Positions 12,594 to 23,529 of a DNA stretch of 41,024 nucleotides are shown here, piece after piece. Origin of the DNA: Squalus acanthias (Eukaryota); contig JASTWF010000362.1 in assembly GCA_030390025.1 (NCBI GenBank), positions 434,001 to 475,024 of the forward strand. The letters are read 5' to 3'. Position numbers and translations under genes: made by a program. How positions within the stretch are numbered: position 1 is the stretch's first letter; the number at the start of each line of letters is the position of its first letter. Below the pieces are notes generated by a model, which ran no database searches, was not told the DNA's origin, and worked only from the letters and a program-made list of their open reading frames with translations.

Positions 12594-13290
12594 TTATTCA
12601 TTCACGGGATGTGGGCGTCGCGGGCAAGGCCAGCATTTGTTGTCTGACGTATGAAAACTACTCGGCACTTGGTCTAAGCGTCAAACAAAGCTTTACTCAA
12701 CTGTTTTACAACATGGAGGTCCAGTTGTGTCCTTCACAAGTTCCTATTAAAGAATGTCCCGAGCAAGCTGGGCCCATGCCCGAGTATTTATACTCTCCCT
12801 GGACAGCGCCACCAGCAGGCCGCCCAGTATTATTTCATAAGTCATTTCCACATGAATGACAAAATTCATGTCATTGTCCATCCCTAATTGGCCTTCAGAA
12901 GCTGGTGGTGAGCCGCCTTCTTGAACCGCTGCAGTCAATCACACTTATTTGTCGTGGTTCGGTACAACCGTGTGGCTGGCTGGGCCATTTCAGAGGGGCA
13001 GTTAAGAGTCAACCACATTGCTGTGGGTCTGGAGTCACATATAGGCCAGACCGGGTAAGGACGGCAGATTTCCTTCCCTGAAGGAACCAGATGGGTTTTT
13101 ATGACAATCCGGTAGTTTCATGGTCACCATTACTGACACTAGCTTGCTTTTTAATTCAAATTCCAGATTTATTTAATTAACACAATTTAAATTTACCAGC
13201 TGCTATGGTGGGATTTGAATTTACATCTACAACGGATCATTAGTGCTAGCTTACTGCATAACTCATCCACTAACATATGCTGCTGTATCC
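12594..13290 (-). mobile_element. Second tRNA-derived SINE family whose 3' tail matches family-B LINE; interrupted by a solo LTR
   Basis: Minus strand: B-box-like TTCAAATCCCACC, body GGAAATCTGCCGTCCTTACCCGGTCTGG, tail CAATTAGGGATGG...GACGCCCACATCCC. Second copy at 18127-18460. Confidence 0.78.
12645..12873 (-). mobile_element. Solo LTR, 229 bp
   Basis: TG...CA termini with imperfect inverted ends (TGACGTATGAA / TTCATGTCA). 5-bp TSD TTGTC at 12640-12644 and 12874-12878. Minus-strand TATAAATA (12785-12792) precedes AGTAAA (12692-12697). Removing it restores the SINE tail. Confidence 0.85.
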
Positions 13291-13295
13291 CTTCA

Positions 13296-13910
13296 CAAAG
13301 GGATTGCAGTATAAGAGTAAGGAAGTCTTACTACTGTTGTACAGGGCCTTGGTGAGACCACACCTGGAGTATTGTGCACAGTTTTGGTCTCCTTACCTAA
13401 AGAATGATATACTTGCCTTAGAGTGAGTGCAACGAAGGTTCACCAGACTGATTCCTGGGATGGGGGGATTGTTCTATGAGGAGAGATTGAGTAGACTAGT
13501 CCTATATTCTCTAGAGTTCTCTAGAGTTTAAGAAGAATGAGAGGTGATCTCATTGAAACGTATACAATTCTTAAGGGGCTTGACAGGGTAGATTCTGGGA
13601 GCATGTTTCCCCTGGCTGGGGAGTCTAAACTAGGGGTCACAGTCTCAGAATAAGGGGTCGGCCATTTAGGACTAAGATGAGGAGAGATTTCTTCACTCAA
13701 AGGGTGGTGGAACTTTAGAATTCTCTACCCCAGAGAGCTGTGGATGCTCAGTCGTTGAGAATATTCAAGACAGAGGTCGATAGATTTTTGGATTCTAGGA
13801 AATGGGGATCAGGTGAGAAAGTGGAGTTGAGGTGGAAGATCAGCCATGATCTTATTGAATGGCAGAGCAGGCTCGAGGGGCCGAATGGCCGACTCCTGCT
13901 CCTATTTCTT
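13296..13910 (+). mobile_element. CR1 LINE 3' fragment
   Basis: GCCTTGGTGAGACCACACCTGGAGTATTGTG...AGAATGAGAGGTGATCTCATTGAAAC and the 3' hairpin GGCCGAATGGCC. Confidence 0.9.
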
Positions 13911-13924
13911 ACTCCCACCTATTA

Positions 13925-14379
13925 GAAAGAAAGAAAAGAAAGACTTGCATTTCGAGAGCACTTGTCACGACCACTGGACGTCCCAACACGCTTTACAACC
14001 AATGAAGTACTTTTTGAAGCGTGGTCACTGTTGTAATGTGGGAAACGCGGCAGCCAATTTGCACACAGCAAGCTCCCACAAACAGCAATGTGATAATGAC
14101 CAGAGATAATCTGTTTTAGTGATGTTAGTTGAGGGATAAATATTGGCCCCAGGACACCAGGGATAACGCCACTGCTCTTCTTCAAAATAGTGCCATAGAA
14201 TCTTGAGAGAGCATACAAGGCCTCAGTTTAACATCTCACCTGAAAGACAGCACCTCTGGCAGTGCAGCACTCAAGTGTCAGCCTAGATTTTTCTACTTAA
14301 AGTGTCGGGAGTGGGATGTGAACCCACAACCTTCTGACTCAGAAGACAAGAGTGCTACCCACTGAGCCACAGCTGACAC
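13925..14379 (-). mobile_element. Deu-SINE, near full length
   Basis: Head GTGTCAGCTGTGGCTCAGTGGGTAGCAC with B-box GGTTCACATCCC; tail GCAAGTCTTTCTTTTC. Confidence 0.87.
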
Positions 14380-14383
14380 TATG

Positions 14384-14830
14384 GAGTCATAAGGTTGTGG
14401 GTTCGAGTCCGCACTCCAGAGACTTGAGCACCAAATCTAGGCCGACACTCCCAAAGCAGTACTGAGGGAACGCTGCACTGTCGGAGGGGCAGCACTGAGG
14501 GAGCGCTGCACTGTGGGAGGGGCAGTACTGAGGGAGCGCTGCACTGTGGGAGGGGCAGTACTGAGGGAGCGCTGCACTGTGAGAGGGGCAGTACTGAGGG
14601 AGCGCTGCACTGTGGGAGAGGCAGTACTGAGGGAGCGCTGCACTGTGGGAGGGGCAGTACTGAGGGAGCGCCGCACTGTGGGAGGGGCAGTACTGAGGGA
14701 GCGCCGCACTGTCGGAGGGGCAGTACTGAGGGAGCGCCGCACTGTCGGAGGGGCAGTACTGAGGGAGTGCTGCACTGTCGGATGTGCCATCTTTCAGATG
14801 AGATGTTAAACCACAGTCCCATCTGCCTTC
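14384..14830 (+). mobile_element. Deu-SINE with internal 33-bp VNTR (about 10 units, 14456-14781)
   Basis: Head GGTTGTGGGTTCGAGTCCGCACTCC, then the array, then core TGCCATCTTTCAGATGAGATGTTAAACC. Confidence 0.9.
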
Positions 14831-14983
14831 CTCTCTCCATGCTCATTCCCTGTGCGGGGTTCCAACCAGGTTAGCCAGGATAAGTAGTGGCGAGAGGGGG
14901 CTTCACTTTGTGGGGTTTTTTTGACGGACATCGAGTGTTTAATATTCACAGCTCTCCTCAGATCTCACTGCGTTTTTGTGCAG

Positions 14984-15080
14984 GTATTTCAGCGGCGGAA
15001 GGATGGTTCCGTGAATTTCTTCCAAGGATGGGACGCGTACAGAGACGGATTCGGGAAGATTACGGGAGAGCACTGGTTGG
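14984..15080 (+). CDS. FIBCD1: FIBCD1 coding exon (FReD domain)
   Basis: Acceptor tttttgtgcag|GTA, donor TTGG|gtaagt. 97 nt, phase 0 to 1. Encodes VFQRRKDGSVNFFQGWDAYRDGFGKITGEHWL(G). Confidence 0.97.
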
Positions 15081-15999
15081 GTAAGTGTATACGTGCTTTA
15101 TTAGGAGCAGGAGGAGGCCATTCAGCCCCTCGAGCCCGCTCCAACATTCAATCAGATCATGGCTGAGCTGCATCTCAACTCCACTCACCCGCCTTTGACC
15201 CACATGTCCTGATACCCAACAATAATCTCTCGATCTCAGCCTTTGAAACTCCAATTCTCCCCCCGGCATCCACAGCCTTTTGGGCGGAGAGGGCTTTTCT
15301 GATTTTGTAGATTTGTCTCCTTTCCATTGTCAGAGGGAGAGGGTGTGAGGGAGTAAAGAGGTCCCTTGTCCCCACAGCAGGTTCCTGACATCAGGCGTCG
15401 ATTCCCTCTGCTCCTTTAGCAGGTTTCCCTCTGTAACTTTGCACTGGTGCTGCTTTTGGAAGGAATTTTGTAGCTCATCAGGCGAGTGGGATCCCAGGGG
15501 AAAGGGAACACCTTCCCAATTTTGCATCCCACGCCTGCGTTAACCGTAACAGAGCAGATGTGCGTGTGTCGGCTTGGCTCAACTGGTAGCACATTTGCCA
15601 CTAAGTTAGATGATTGTTCTCGTCTTCCGGATGAGACGCTAAACCGAGGCCCCGTCTGCTCTCTCAGGTGGACGTAAAAGATCCCACGGCCACTATTTGG
15701 AAGAAGAGCAGGGGAGTTCTCCCCGGTGTCCTGGGCCAATATTTATCCCTCAACCAACATCGCTAAAACAGACCTCAGGATGTCCCAAAGCGCTTCACAG
15801 CCAATGAAGTACTTTTGAAGTGCAGTCACTGTTGTAATGTGGAAAACGCAGCAGCCAATTTGCGCACAGCAAGCTCCCACAAACAGCAATGTGATGATGA
15901 CCAGATAATCTGTGTCTTAGTGATGTTGATTTAGGGATAAATATTGGCCCCAGGACAACAGGAGGAACTCCCCTGCTCTTCTTCGAATAGTGCCGTGGG

Positions 16000-16499
16000 N
16001 NNNNNNNNNNNNNNNNNNNNNNNNNNNNNNNNNNNNNNNNNNNNNNNNNNNNNNNNNNNNNNNNNNNNNNNNNNNNNNNNNNNNNNNNNNNNNNNNNNNN
16101 NNNNNNNNNNNNNNNNNNNNNNNNNNNNNNNNNNNNNNNNNNNNNNNNNNNNNNNNNNNNNNNNNNNNNNNNNNNNNNNNNNNNNNNNNNNNNNNNNNNN
16201 NNNNNNNNNNNNNNNNNNNNNNNNNNNNNNNNNNNNNNNNNNNNNNNNNNNNNNNNNNNNNNNNNNNNNNNNNNNNNNNNNNNNNNNNNNNNNNNNNNNN
16301 NNNNNNNNNNNNNNNNNNNNNNNNNNNNNNNNNNNNNNNNNNNNNNNNNNNNNNNNNNNNNNNNNNNNNNNNNNNNNNNNNNNNNNNNNNNNNNNNNNNN
16401 NNNNNNNNNNNNNNNNNNNNNNNNNNNNNNNNNNNNNNNNNNNNNNNNNNNNNNNNNNNNNNNNNNNNNNNNNNNNNNNNNNNNNNNNNNNNNNNNNNN
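16000..16499. other. Assembly gap (500 N)
   Basis: Run of N within a FIBCD1 intron. The flanking exons join seamlessly (EHWL-G-LKRIH), so no coding exon is missing. Confidence 0.99.
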
Positions 16500-17297
16500 G
16501 CGCTGCCAACACTGGCTATCACACAGCAGTGGGATGAATGTCCAAAACAGGCGGCCGTGTTTCACCGACATAAAATCAACGCTTGCACTTCAAACGTAAT
16601 TGCGCTGCGTGGAAAGGCGCTTATTAACGTTCCTGAAGGATCGGAGGAGGCGCTGCCTAAACACTTTAGCCGTCTGTCTTGTTCCAAACGATGGGGTTCC
16701 TCGCGCAGCGATCCCACAAGGGGAGGGAGCTGAGCTGGTAGTTTATTGTTATAAAAGCCTCCACGTGACCTGCTCCACAGGGACTCCTGATACCTGTCAG
16801 ACTGAAGATGGGTTTTACTCTGCCGATTTGGGATAAGTTGATTCTGAGTGCAATGTCCTGCCGGAGCAGACGATGATAATTGATGCCTCCCATCAGGGCC
16901 GGCAGTCCCTGGTTCACTCAAGGGACTTTTAACTCAATCCGCTTTCTCTAATTCAACATTACATTCAGCTGACAGCTTCATTTCTCTTCTGTAAATAACA
17001 CAAAGCTGTTTGGCTTGACATGTCGCCCTCTCCTCCACTGCTAGGAACCGAGACCAAAGCAGTTTTCATAAATATCTATGTTCCCTGACAATACGCAGCA
17101 GTTGACTGAATTCGGGAGGTGGTCTCACGCTCACCTTTGAAGGATTGCACTGAAGGCTGAGGCACATGGCATCAGTCCTCATCCTCGCTCAATGCTCAGT
17201 GCTCAATATCTCCCAACTGTGCTCTTCCCAGAAACTTGTCCTCTCTGTGCTATTCAACCCGGGTGTGAAACCTGTTTGTTTTATTTCAAGTGGAAGA

Positions 17298-17769
17298 AAT
17301 AAAGAACTTGCATTTCTATAGCGCCTTTCACGACCTCAGGATGTCCCAAAGCGCTTTACAGCCAATGAAGTACTGTTTGAAGCGTAGTCACTGTCGGAAT
17401 GGAGGAAACGCGGCAGCCAATTTGCGCACAGCAAGATCCCACAAACAGCAATGACCAGATAATCTGGTTTGTTTTTTCAGTGATGTTGATTGAGGGATAA
17501 ATATTGGCCCCAGGACACCAGGGAGAACTCCCCCCTGCTCTTCTGTCGAATAGTGGCCGTGGGATCTTTCATGTTCAAGCTGAGAGAGCTGAGGGGACCT
17601 CGGTTTAACGTCTCATCTGAAAGACGGCACCTCCGACAGTGCCGCACTCCCTCAGCACTGCACTGGAGTGTCAGCCTGGATTTTTGTGCTCAAGCCTCAG
17701 GAGTGGGACTTGAACCCACGACCTTCTGACTCAGAGGCGAGAGTGCTGCCCACTGAGCCACAGCTGACA
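17298..17769 (-). mobile_element. Deu-SINE, full-length monomeric copy
   Basis: A-box TGGCTCAGTGG, B-box GGTTCAAGTCCC, a single CAGTGCAGTGCTGAGGGAGTGCGGCACTGTCGGAGGTGCC segment, and the tail. Confidence 0.9.
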
Positions 17770-18126
17770 ACTGACAATTCCTGAGCAATTGGAGTTTACA
17801 AGATGGTCGGAACGGCGCACGCGATCAGCCCGCTGGTCCCAGTATCTGCCGCAACGCTTCGGGTCCGGCCCCTCCATTGAATTTCGATCTCCGTTGTCGA
17901 ATTAAAAGTCCTCCCCACCCCGCCCCACAACCGCGTCTCTCCGCTGGCTCACACTGAGCTCTGAGCTCCTGCTGCACTTCCGGAAAAGTGACGCCAGCGA
18001 AGTGGAGCAGATCCCAGGCACAATGTCCAGCATCCTCCTCCTCCTGCCCCCCGATAACATCCCCCTCGCCCCTCACCGAACAACATGTGATCGTGCCACA
18101 TTTTGAAAGTGCAGCACCTTTTTTTT

Positions 18127-18460
18127 TATTCATTCACAGAATGTTGGCATCATTTATTGCCCATCCCTAATTGCCCTTGAGAAGGTGGTGATGAGCCACC
18201 CTTTCAGGGTCAACCATATCGGCCAGACCGGGTAAGGACGGCAGATTTCCTTCCCTAAAGGGCATTCGTGAACCAGATGGGTTTTTACGACAATCCGGTA
18301 GTTTCATGGTTCACCATTACTGATATTGGCTTTTTATTCCAGATTTATTTAATTAATTGAATTTAAATTCCCCAGCTGCCGTGGTGGGATTTGAACTTGT
18401 ATGACTCCAGATACCTTAGTCCAGGCCTCTGTAACGTAACCACGATACCATGCCCCAGTT
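18127..18460 (-). mobile_element. Second SINE family copy (family-B LINE tail)
   Basis: Matches 12875-13290. Confidence 0.78.
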
Positions 18461-18653
18461 CTGTTCCTAAGGACTGATTACATCATTCTCCACAGTGTAT
18501 CAACAGTCTGCCCCTCTGCCGTTCCGGAGCAAACCCTACCGTTTTATTGACCTGCTCTGGGCTACACTGAGTCTGAGGCCGACATCTATGAAGCGTTCAT
18601 GCTGCCAACTCTGTCCTGTTTACTGAAAGTGAAACCTCATTCACCCCCCTTAG

Positions 18654-18833
18654 GTTTGAAGAGGATTCACGCGCTCACCATTCAGTCACACTACGAGCTC
18701 CGTGTAGAGATGGAAGACTTTGAGAACAACACCGCCTATGCTCAGTACGGGACGTTTGGGATCGGACTCTTCTCTGTCGACGCGGAGAGGGATGGCTATC
18801 CACTGACCGTGGCAGAGTACGCCGGAACTGCAG
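18654..18833 (+). CDS. FIBCD1: FIBCD1 penultimate coding exon (FReD domain)
   Basis: Acceptor cccccttag|GT, donor CAG|gtctcc (weak). 180 nt, phase 1 to 1. Encodes (G)LKRIHALTIQSHYELRVEMEDFENNTAYAQYGTFGIGLFSVDAERDGYPLTVAEYAGTA(G). Confidence 0.95.
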
Positions 18834-18934
18834 GTCTCCACACCCTTTATTAACTGACTCAAGGACGCAGACCCGGTGAGACCCTCATGGGTCAAAGGGC
18901 ATGGGGAGGTTATCGGGGGGCACGAGGAGATTAT

Positions 18935-19856
18935 CAGGACATCCCAAAACGCTTTACAGCCAATGAAGTACTTTTTGAAGCGTGGTCACTGTTGTAATGT
19001 AGGAAATGTGGCAGCCAATTTGCGCACAGCAAGCTCCCACAAACAGCTATGTGATAATGACCAGATAATCTGTTTTAGTGATGTTGGTTGAGGGATAATT
19101 ATTGGCCCCAGGACACCGGGGATAACTTCCCTGCTCTCCTTCGAAATAGTGCCATAGGATCTTTTACGTTCACCTGAGAGAGCAGAAGGGACCTCGGTTT
19201 AATGTCTCATCCGAAAGACGGCAGCTCCAACAGTGCGGCACTCCCTCAGTACTGCCCCTCCGACAATGCGGCGCTCCCTCAGTACTGCCCCTCCAACAGT
19301 GCGGCGCTCCCTCAGTACTGCCCCTCCGACAGTGCGGCGCTCCCTCAGTACTGCCCCTCCGACAGTGCGGCGCTCCCTCAGTACTGCCCCTCCGACTGTA
19401 CAGCGCTCCCTCAGTACTGCCCCTCCGACAGTGCGGCGCTCCCTCAGTACTGCCCCTCCGACTGTGCGGCACTCCCTCAGTACTGCCCCTCCGACAGTGC
19501 AGCGCTCCCTCAGTACTGCCCCTCCGACAGTGCGGCGCTCCCTCAGTACTGCCCCTCCGACAGTGCGGCGCTCCCTCAGTACTGCCCCTCCGACTGTGCG
19601 GCACTCCCTCAGTACTGCCCCTCCGACAGTGCGGCGCTCCCTCAGTACTGCCCCTCCGACAGTGCAGCGCTCCCTCAGTACTGCCCCTCCGACAGTGCGG
19701 CGCTCCCTCAGCACTGCCCCTCCGACAGTTCGGCGCTCCCTCAGTACTGCCCCTCCGACACTGGGAGTGTCACCTGGATTTATGTGCTCAAGTCTCTGTA
19801 GTGGGACTTGAACTCACAACCTTCTGAATCAGAGAGCGACCCACTTAGCCATAGTT
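18935..19856 (-). mobile_element. Deu-SINE with internal 33-bp VNTR (about 16 units, 19230-19760), filling most of the last FIBCD1 intron
   Basis: Reverse complement of the 33-bp unit, between a SINE head (19760-19856) and SINE body/tail (18935-19230). Confidence 0.92.
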
Positions 19857-19957
19857 GAGCGATAGGAGTTTCCAAGATGGTAGGAATGGCGCACGCAATG
19901 AGCGAGAGTCTCAATGCCGTTCGATCGGGTGCATTAACCGTGGGTTTCTTTCCGCAG

Positions 19958-20208
19958 GGGACTCACTCCTGAAGCACAGCGGCATGAGGTTCACCACCAA
20001 GGATCGGGACAATGATCACTCGGAGAATAACTGCGCCACCTTCTACCGCGGGGCCTGGTGGTACCACAACTGCCACACCTCCAACCTCAACGGCCAGTAC
20101 CTCAAGGGCCATCACACCTCGTACGCAGACGGCATCGAGTGGTCCTCCTGGACCGGCTGGCAGTATTCACTCAAGTTCGTCGAGATGAAGATCAGGCCAA
20201 GGAACTGA
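19958..20208 (+). CDS. FIBCD1: FIBCD1 last coding exon (Ca2+/acetyl-binding part of FReD) with TGA stop
   Basis: Acceptor tttctttccgcag|GG. Encodes (G)[82 protein letters not shown]. The five exons total 822 nt, i.e. 274 codons in frame. Confidence 0.97.
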
Positions 20209-20530
20209 GGCCAATGACCCAAGGGTCACCAACGCGACCTTTCAACCCACGATTGTTGCAAAGCACTGAGTCCATGAAACCCCTTCACACACAACTCCAG
20301 CAAAACATTATATACATGCACACACAGATATACATTATATACACACATACATATATTATACACACCCATATATATATTTTATTCTTATATGTGTGTGTAA
20401 AGCCCTGGTTAGACCACACCTGGATTACTGTGTACGGTTCTGGGCACCGCACCTTAGAAAGGATATATTGACCTTGGAAGGAGAGCAGCACAGATTCACC
20501 AGAATGTTACCAGGGCTCCAAGGGTTAGAA

Positions 20531-23400
20531 TCATAGAATGGTTACAGCACGGAAGATGGCCATTCGGCCAGTCAAGCCCGTGCCAGCTCTCTGCAAGAGC
20601 ACTTCAGCTAGTCCCACTCCCCCCGCCCTTTCCCCATAGCCATACAAATTTCTTTCCTTCAGATACTTATCCAACTCCCTTTTGAAAGCCGTGATTGAAT
20701 GTGCCTCCACCACCCTTTCAGGCAGTGCATTCCAGATCCTAACCACTTGCTGCATAAAAAAGTTTTTTCTTACATCGCCTTTGGTTCTTTTACCAATCAC
20801 CTTAAATCTGTGTCCTCTGATTCTCGACCCTTCCACCAATAGGAACAGTTTCCCTCCATCTACTCTGTCCAGACCCCTCATGATTTTGAACACCTCTATC
20901 AAATCTCCTCTCAATCTTCTCTGCTCCAAGGAGAACAACCCCAGCTTCACCAGTCTATCCACGTAACTGAAGTCCCTCATTCCTGGAATCATTCTCGTAA
21001 ATCTTTTCTGCATCCTCTCTAAGGCCTTCACGTCCTTCCTAAAGTGCGATGCCCAGAATTGGACACAATACTCCAGTTGAGGCCGAACCAGTGTTTTATA
21101 CAGATACATCATAACTTCCTTGCTTTTGTACTCTATACCTCTATTTATGAAGCCCAGGATCCCATAAGCTTTTTTAACCGCTTTCTCAACCTGCCCTGCC
21201 ACCTTCAACTATTTGTGCACACATACCCCCAGGTCTCCCTGTTCGTGCACCCCCTTCAGGATTGTACCATTTAGTTTATATGTCCTCTCCTCATTCTTTC
21301 TACCAAAATGTATCACTTCACACTTTTCTGCGTTAAATTTCATCTGCCACGTGTCCGCCCATTTCACCAGCCTGTCTGTCTTCCTGAAGTCTATCACTCT
21401 CCTCCTCACTGTTCACTATACTTCCAAGTTTTGTGTCATCTTCAAATTTTGAAATTGTGCCCTGTACACCCACATCCAAGTCATTAATATATATCAAGAA
21501 AAGCAGTGGTCCTAGAACTGACCCCTGGGGAACACCACTGTATACCTTCCTCCAGTCCGAAAAACAACAGTTCACCACTACTCTCTGTTTCCTGTCACTT
21601 AGCCAATTTCGTGTCAAAGCTGCCACTGTCCCTTTTATTCCATGGACTTCAACTTTGCTGGCAAGCCTATTATGTGGCACTTTGTCGAACACCTTTTGGA
21701 AATCCATGTACACCACATCAACCGCATTACCCTCATCAACCCTCTCTATTACCTCATCAAAAAACTCGGTCAAGTTGGTTAAACACAATTTGCATTTAAC
21801 AAATCTGTGCTGGCTTTCCTTAATTAATCCACACCTATCCAAGTGACTGTTAATTTTGTCCCTGATTACTGTTTCTAAAAGCTTCCCCACTACCGAGATT
21901 AAACTGACTGGCCTGTAGTTGCTGGGTTTATCTTTACACCCTTTTTTGAACAATGGTGTAAAATTTGCAATTCTCCAGTCCTCTGGCACCACCCCCTTAT
22001 CTAAGGAGGATTGGAAGATTATGGCCAGTACCTCCGCGATTTCCTCCCTCAATATCCTAGGATGCATCCCATCCGCTCCTGGTGATTTATCTACTTTAAG
22101 TACAGCCAGCCTTTCTAATTCCTCCTCTTCATCAATTTTTATCCTATCAAGTATCTCCACTACCTCCTCCTTTACTATGTCTATGGCAGCATCCTCTTCC
22201 TTGGTGAAGACAGATGCAAAGTACTCATTTAGTACCCCAGCCATACCCTCGGCCTCCATGCGTAGGTCTCCTTTTTGGTCCCTAATCGGCCCCACCCCTC
22301 CTCTTACTACCCTTTTACTATTTATATGCCTATAGAAGACTTTTGGATTACCTTTTATGTTAGCTGCCATTCTATTCTCATACCCTCTCTTTGCCCCTCT
22401 TATTTTCTTTTTCACTTCTCCTCTGACCTTTCTATATAGAGCCTGATTCTCAGATGTATTTGCAACCTGACATCTGTCATACTCGCTCTTTTTCTGCTTC
22501 ATCTTACTCTCTATCTGTTTTATCATCCAGGGAGCCCTGACTGTAGTTGCCCTACCTTTCCCCCTAGTGGGAATGTACCTCAACTGTACCCGAACTATTT
22601 CCTCTTTAAAGGCAGCCCATTGTTCCATTACAGTTTTGCCTGCCAATCTTTGATTCCAGTTTACCTGGGCCAGATCCGTTCTCATCCCACTGAAATTGGC
22701 CTTCCCCCAGTTAAACATTCTTACTCTAGATTGCTCCCTGTCCTTTTCCATAGCTAATCTAAACCTTAGGATACTATGATCACTGTTCCCTAAATGTTCA
22801 CCTACTGACACTTGTTCCACTTGACCTCCCTCATTCCCCAGAACCAGATCCAGCAATGCCTCCTCCCTCGTCGGGCTGGAAACATACTGATCAAGAAAGT
22901 TCTCCTGAACACACTTCAGAAATTCTTCCCCCTCTCTGCCCTTTACACTATTACGATCCCAGTCTATATTAGGAGAGTTGAAGTCCCCCATTATCACTAC
23001 TCTATAGTTCTTGCACCTCTCTGTAATTTCTCTGCAAATTTGCTCCTCCATATCTTTCCTCACTATTTGGTGGTCTATAGAATACACCTAGTAGTGTGAT
23101 GGCACCTCTATTATTTCTTAACTCTAGCCATATAGATACTGTCCTTGACCCCTCCAGGACATCCTTCCTCTCCAGCACTGTAACATTCTCCTTGACCAAT
23201 ACTGTCACGCCACCTCCTATCTTTCCTTCCCTATCTTTCCTGAACACTTTATAACCAGGAATATTTACTACCCAATCCTGCCCTTTTTTGAGCCAGGTCT
23301 CAGTTATTGCCACAACATCATATTCCCATGTGGCTATTTGTGCCTGCAGCTCACTTACCTTGTTTACATACACTGTAAACCCATCTTAGACCATCCTGTA
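20531..23400 (-). pseudogene. CR1 ORF2: APE endonuclease and reverse transcriptase; several frameshifts
   Basis: VAITETWL, YRPP, IMGDFN, LDLVL, SDH, KSPGADG, NYRPVSL, DFQKVFD, GVPQGSVLGP, FEDD (normally FADD). Split across ORFs 23002-23373, 21333-23087, 21209-21409 and 20531-21208. Confidence 0.94.
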
Positions 23401-23529
23401 TTCTCTCTTAGTTTGCTCTCCCCCAATACCTGACTATTTCTGACTTTAGTGCTCTCTGCCTCTCCCAATCCTTTGAGCACTTTATTTCCCCTTTCAATGT
23501 TACATCCTGGTGCCCATCCCTCTGCCAAA

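Noticed and set aside
14290..14440. tRNA genes suggested by A/B boxes
   Set aside because: These are SINE heads continuing into SINE bodies; no complete cloverleaf.
15795..16733. ORFs spanning X runs; possible missing exon
   Set aside because: Assembly-gap artefacts; the FIBCD1 protein is continuous across this intron.
5536..20208. Alternative identity as ficolin, MFAP4, tenascin or angiopoietin-like
   Set aside because: FPTHYPAGFQV, GLFSVD...[26 protein letters not shown] and the upstream stalk exon match FIBCD1 specifically.
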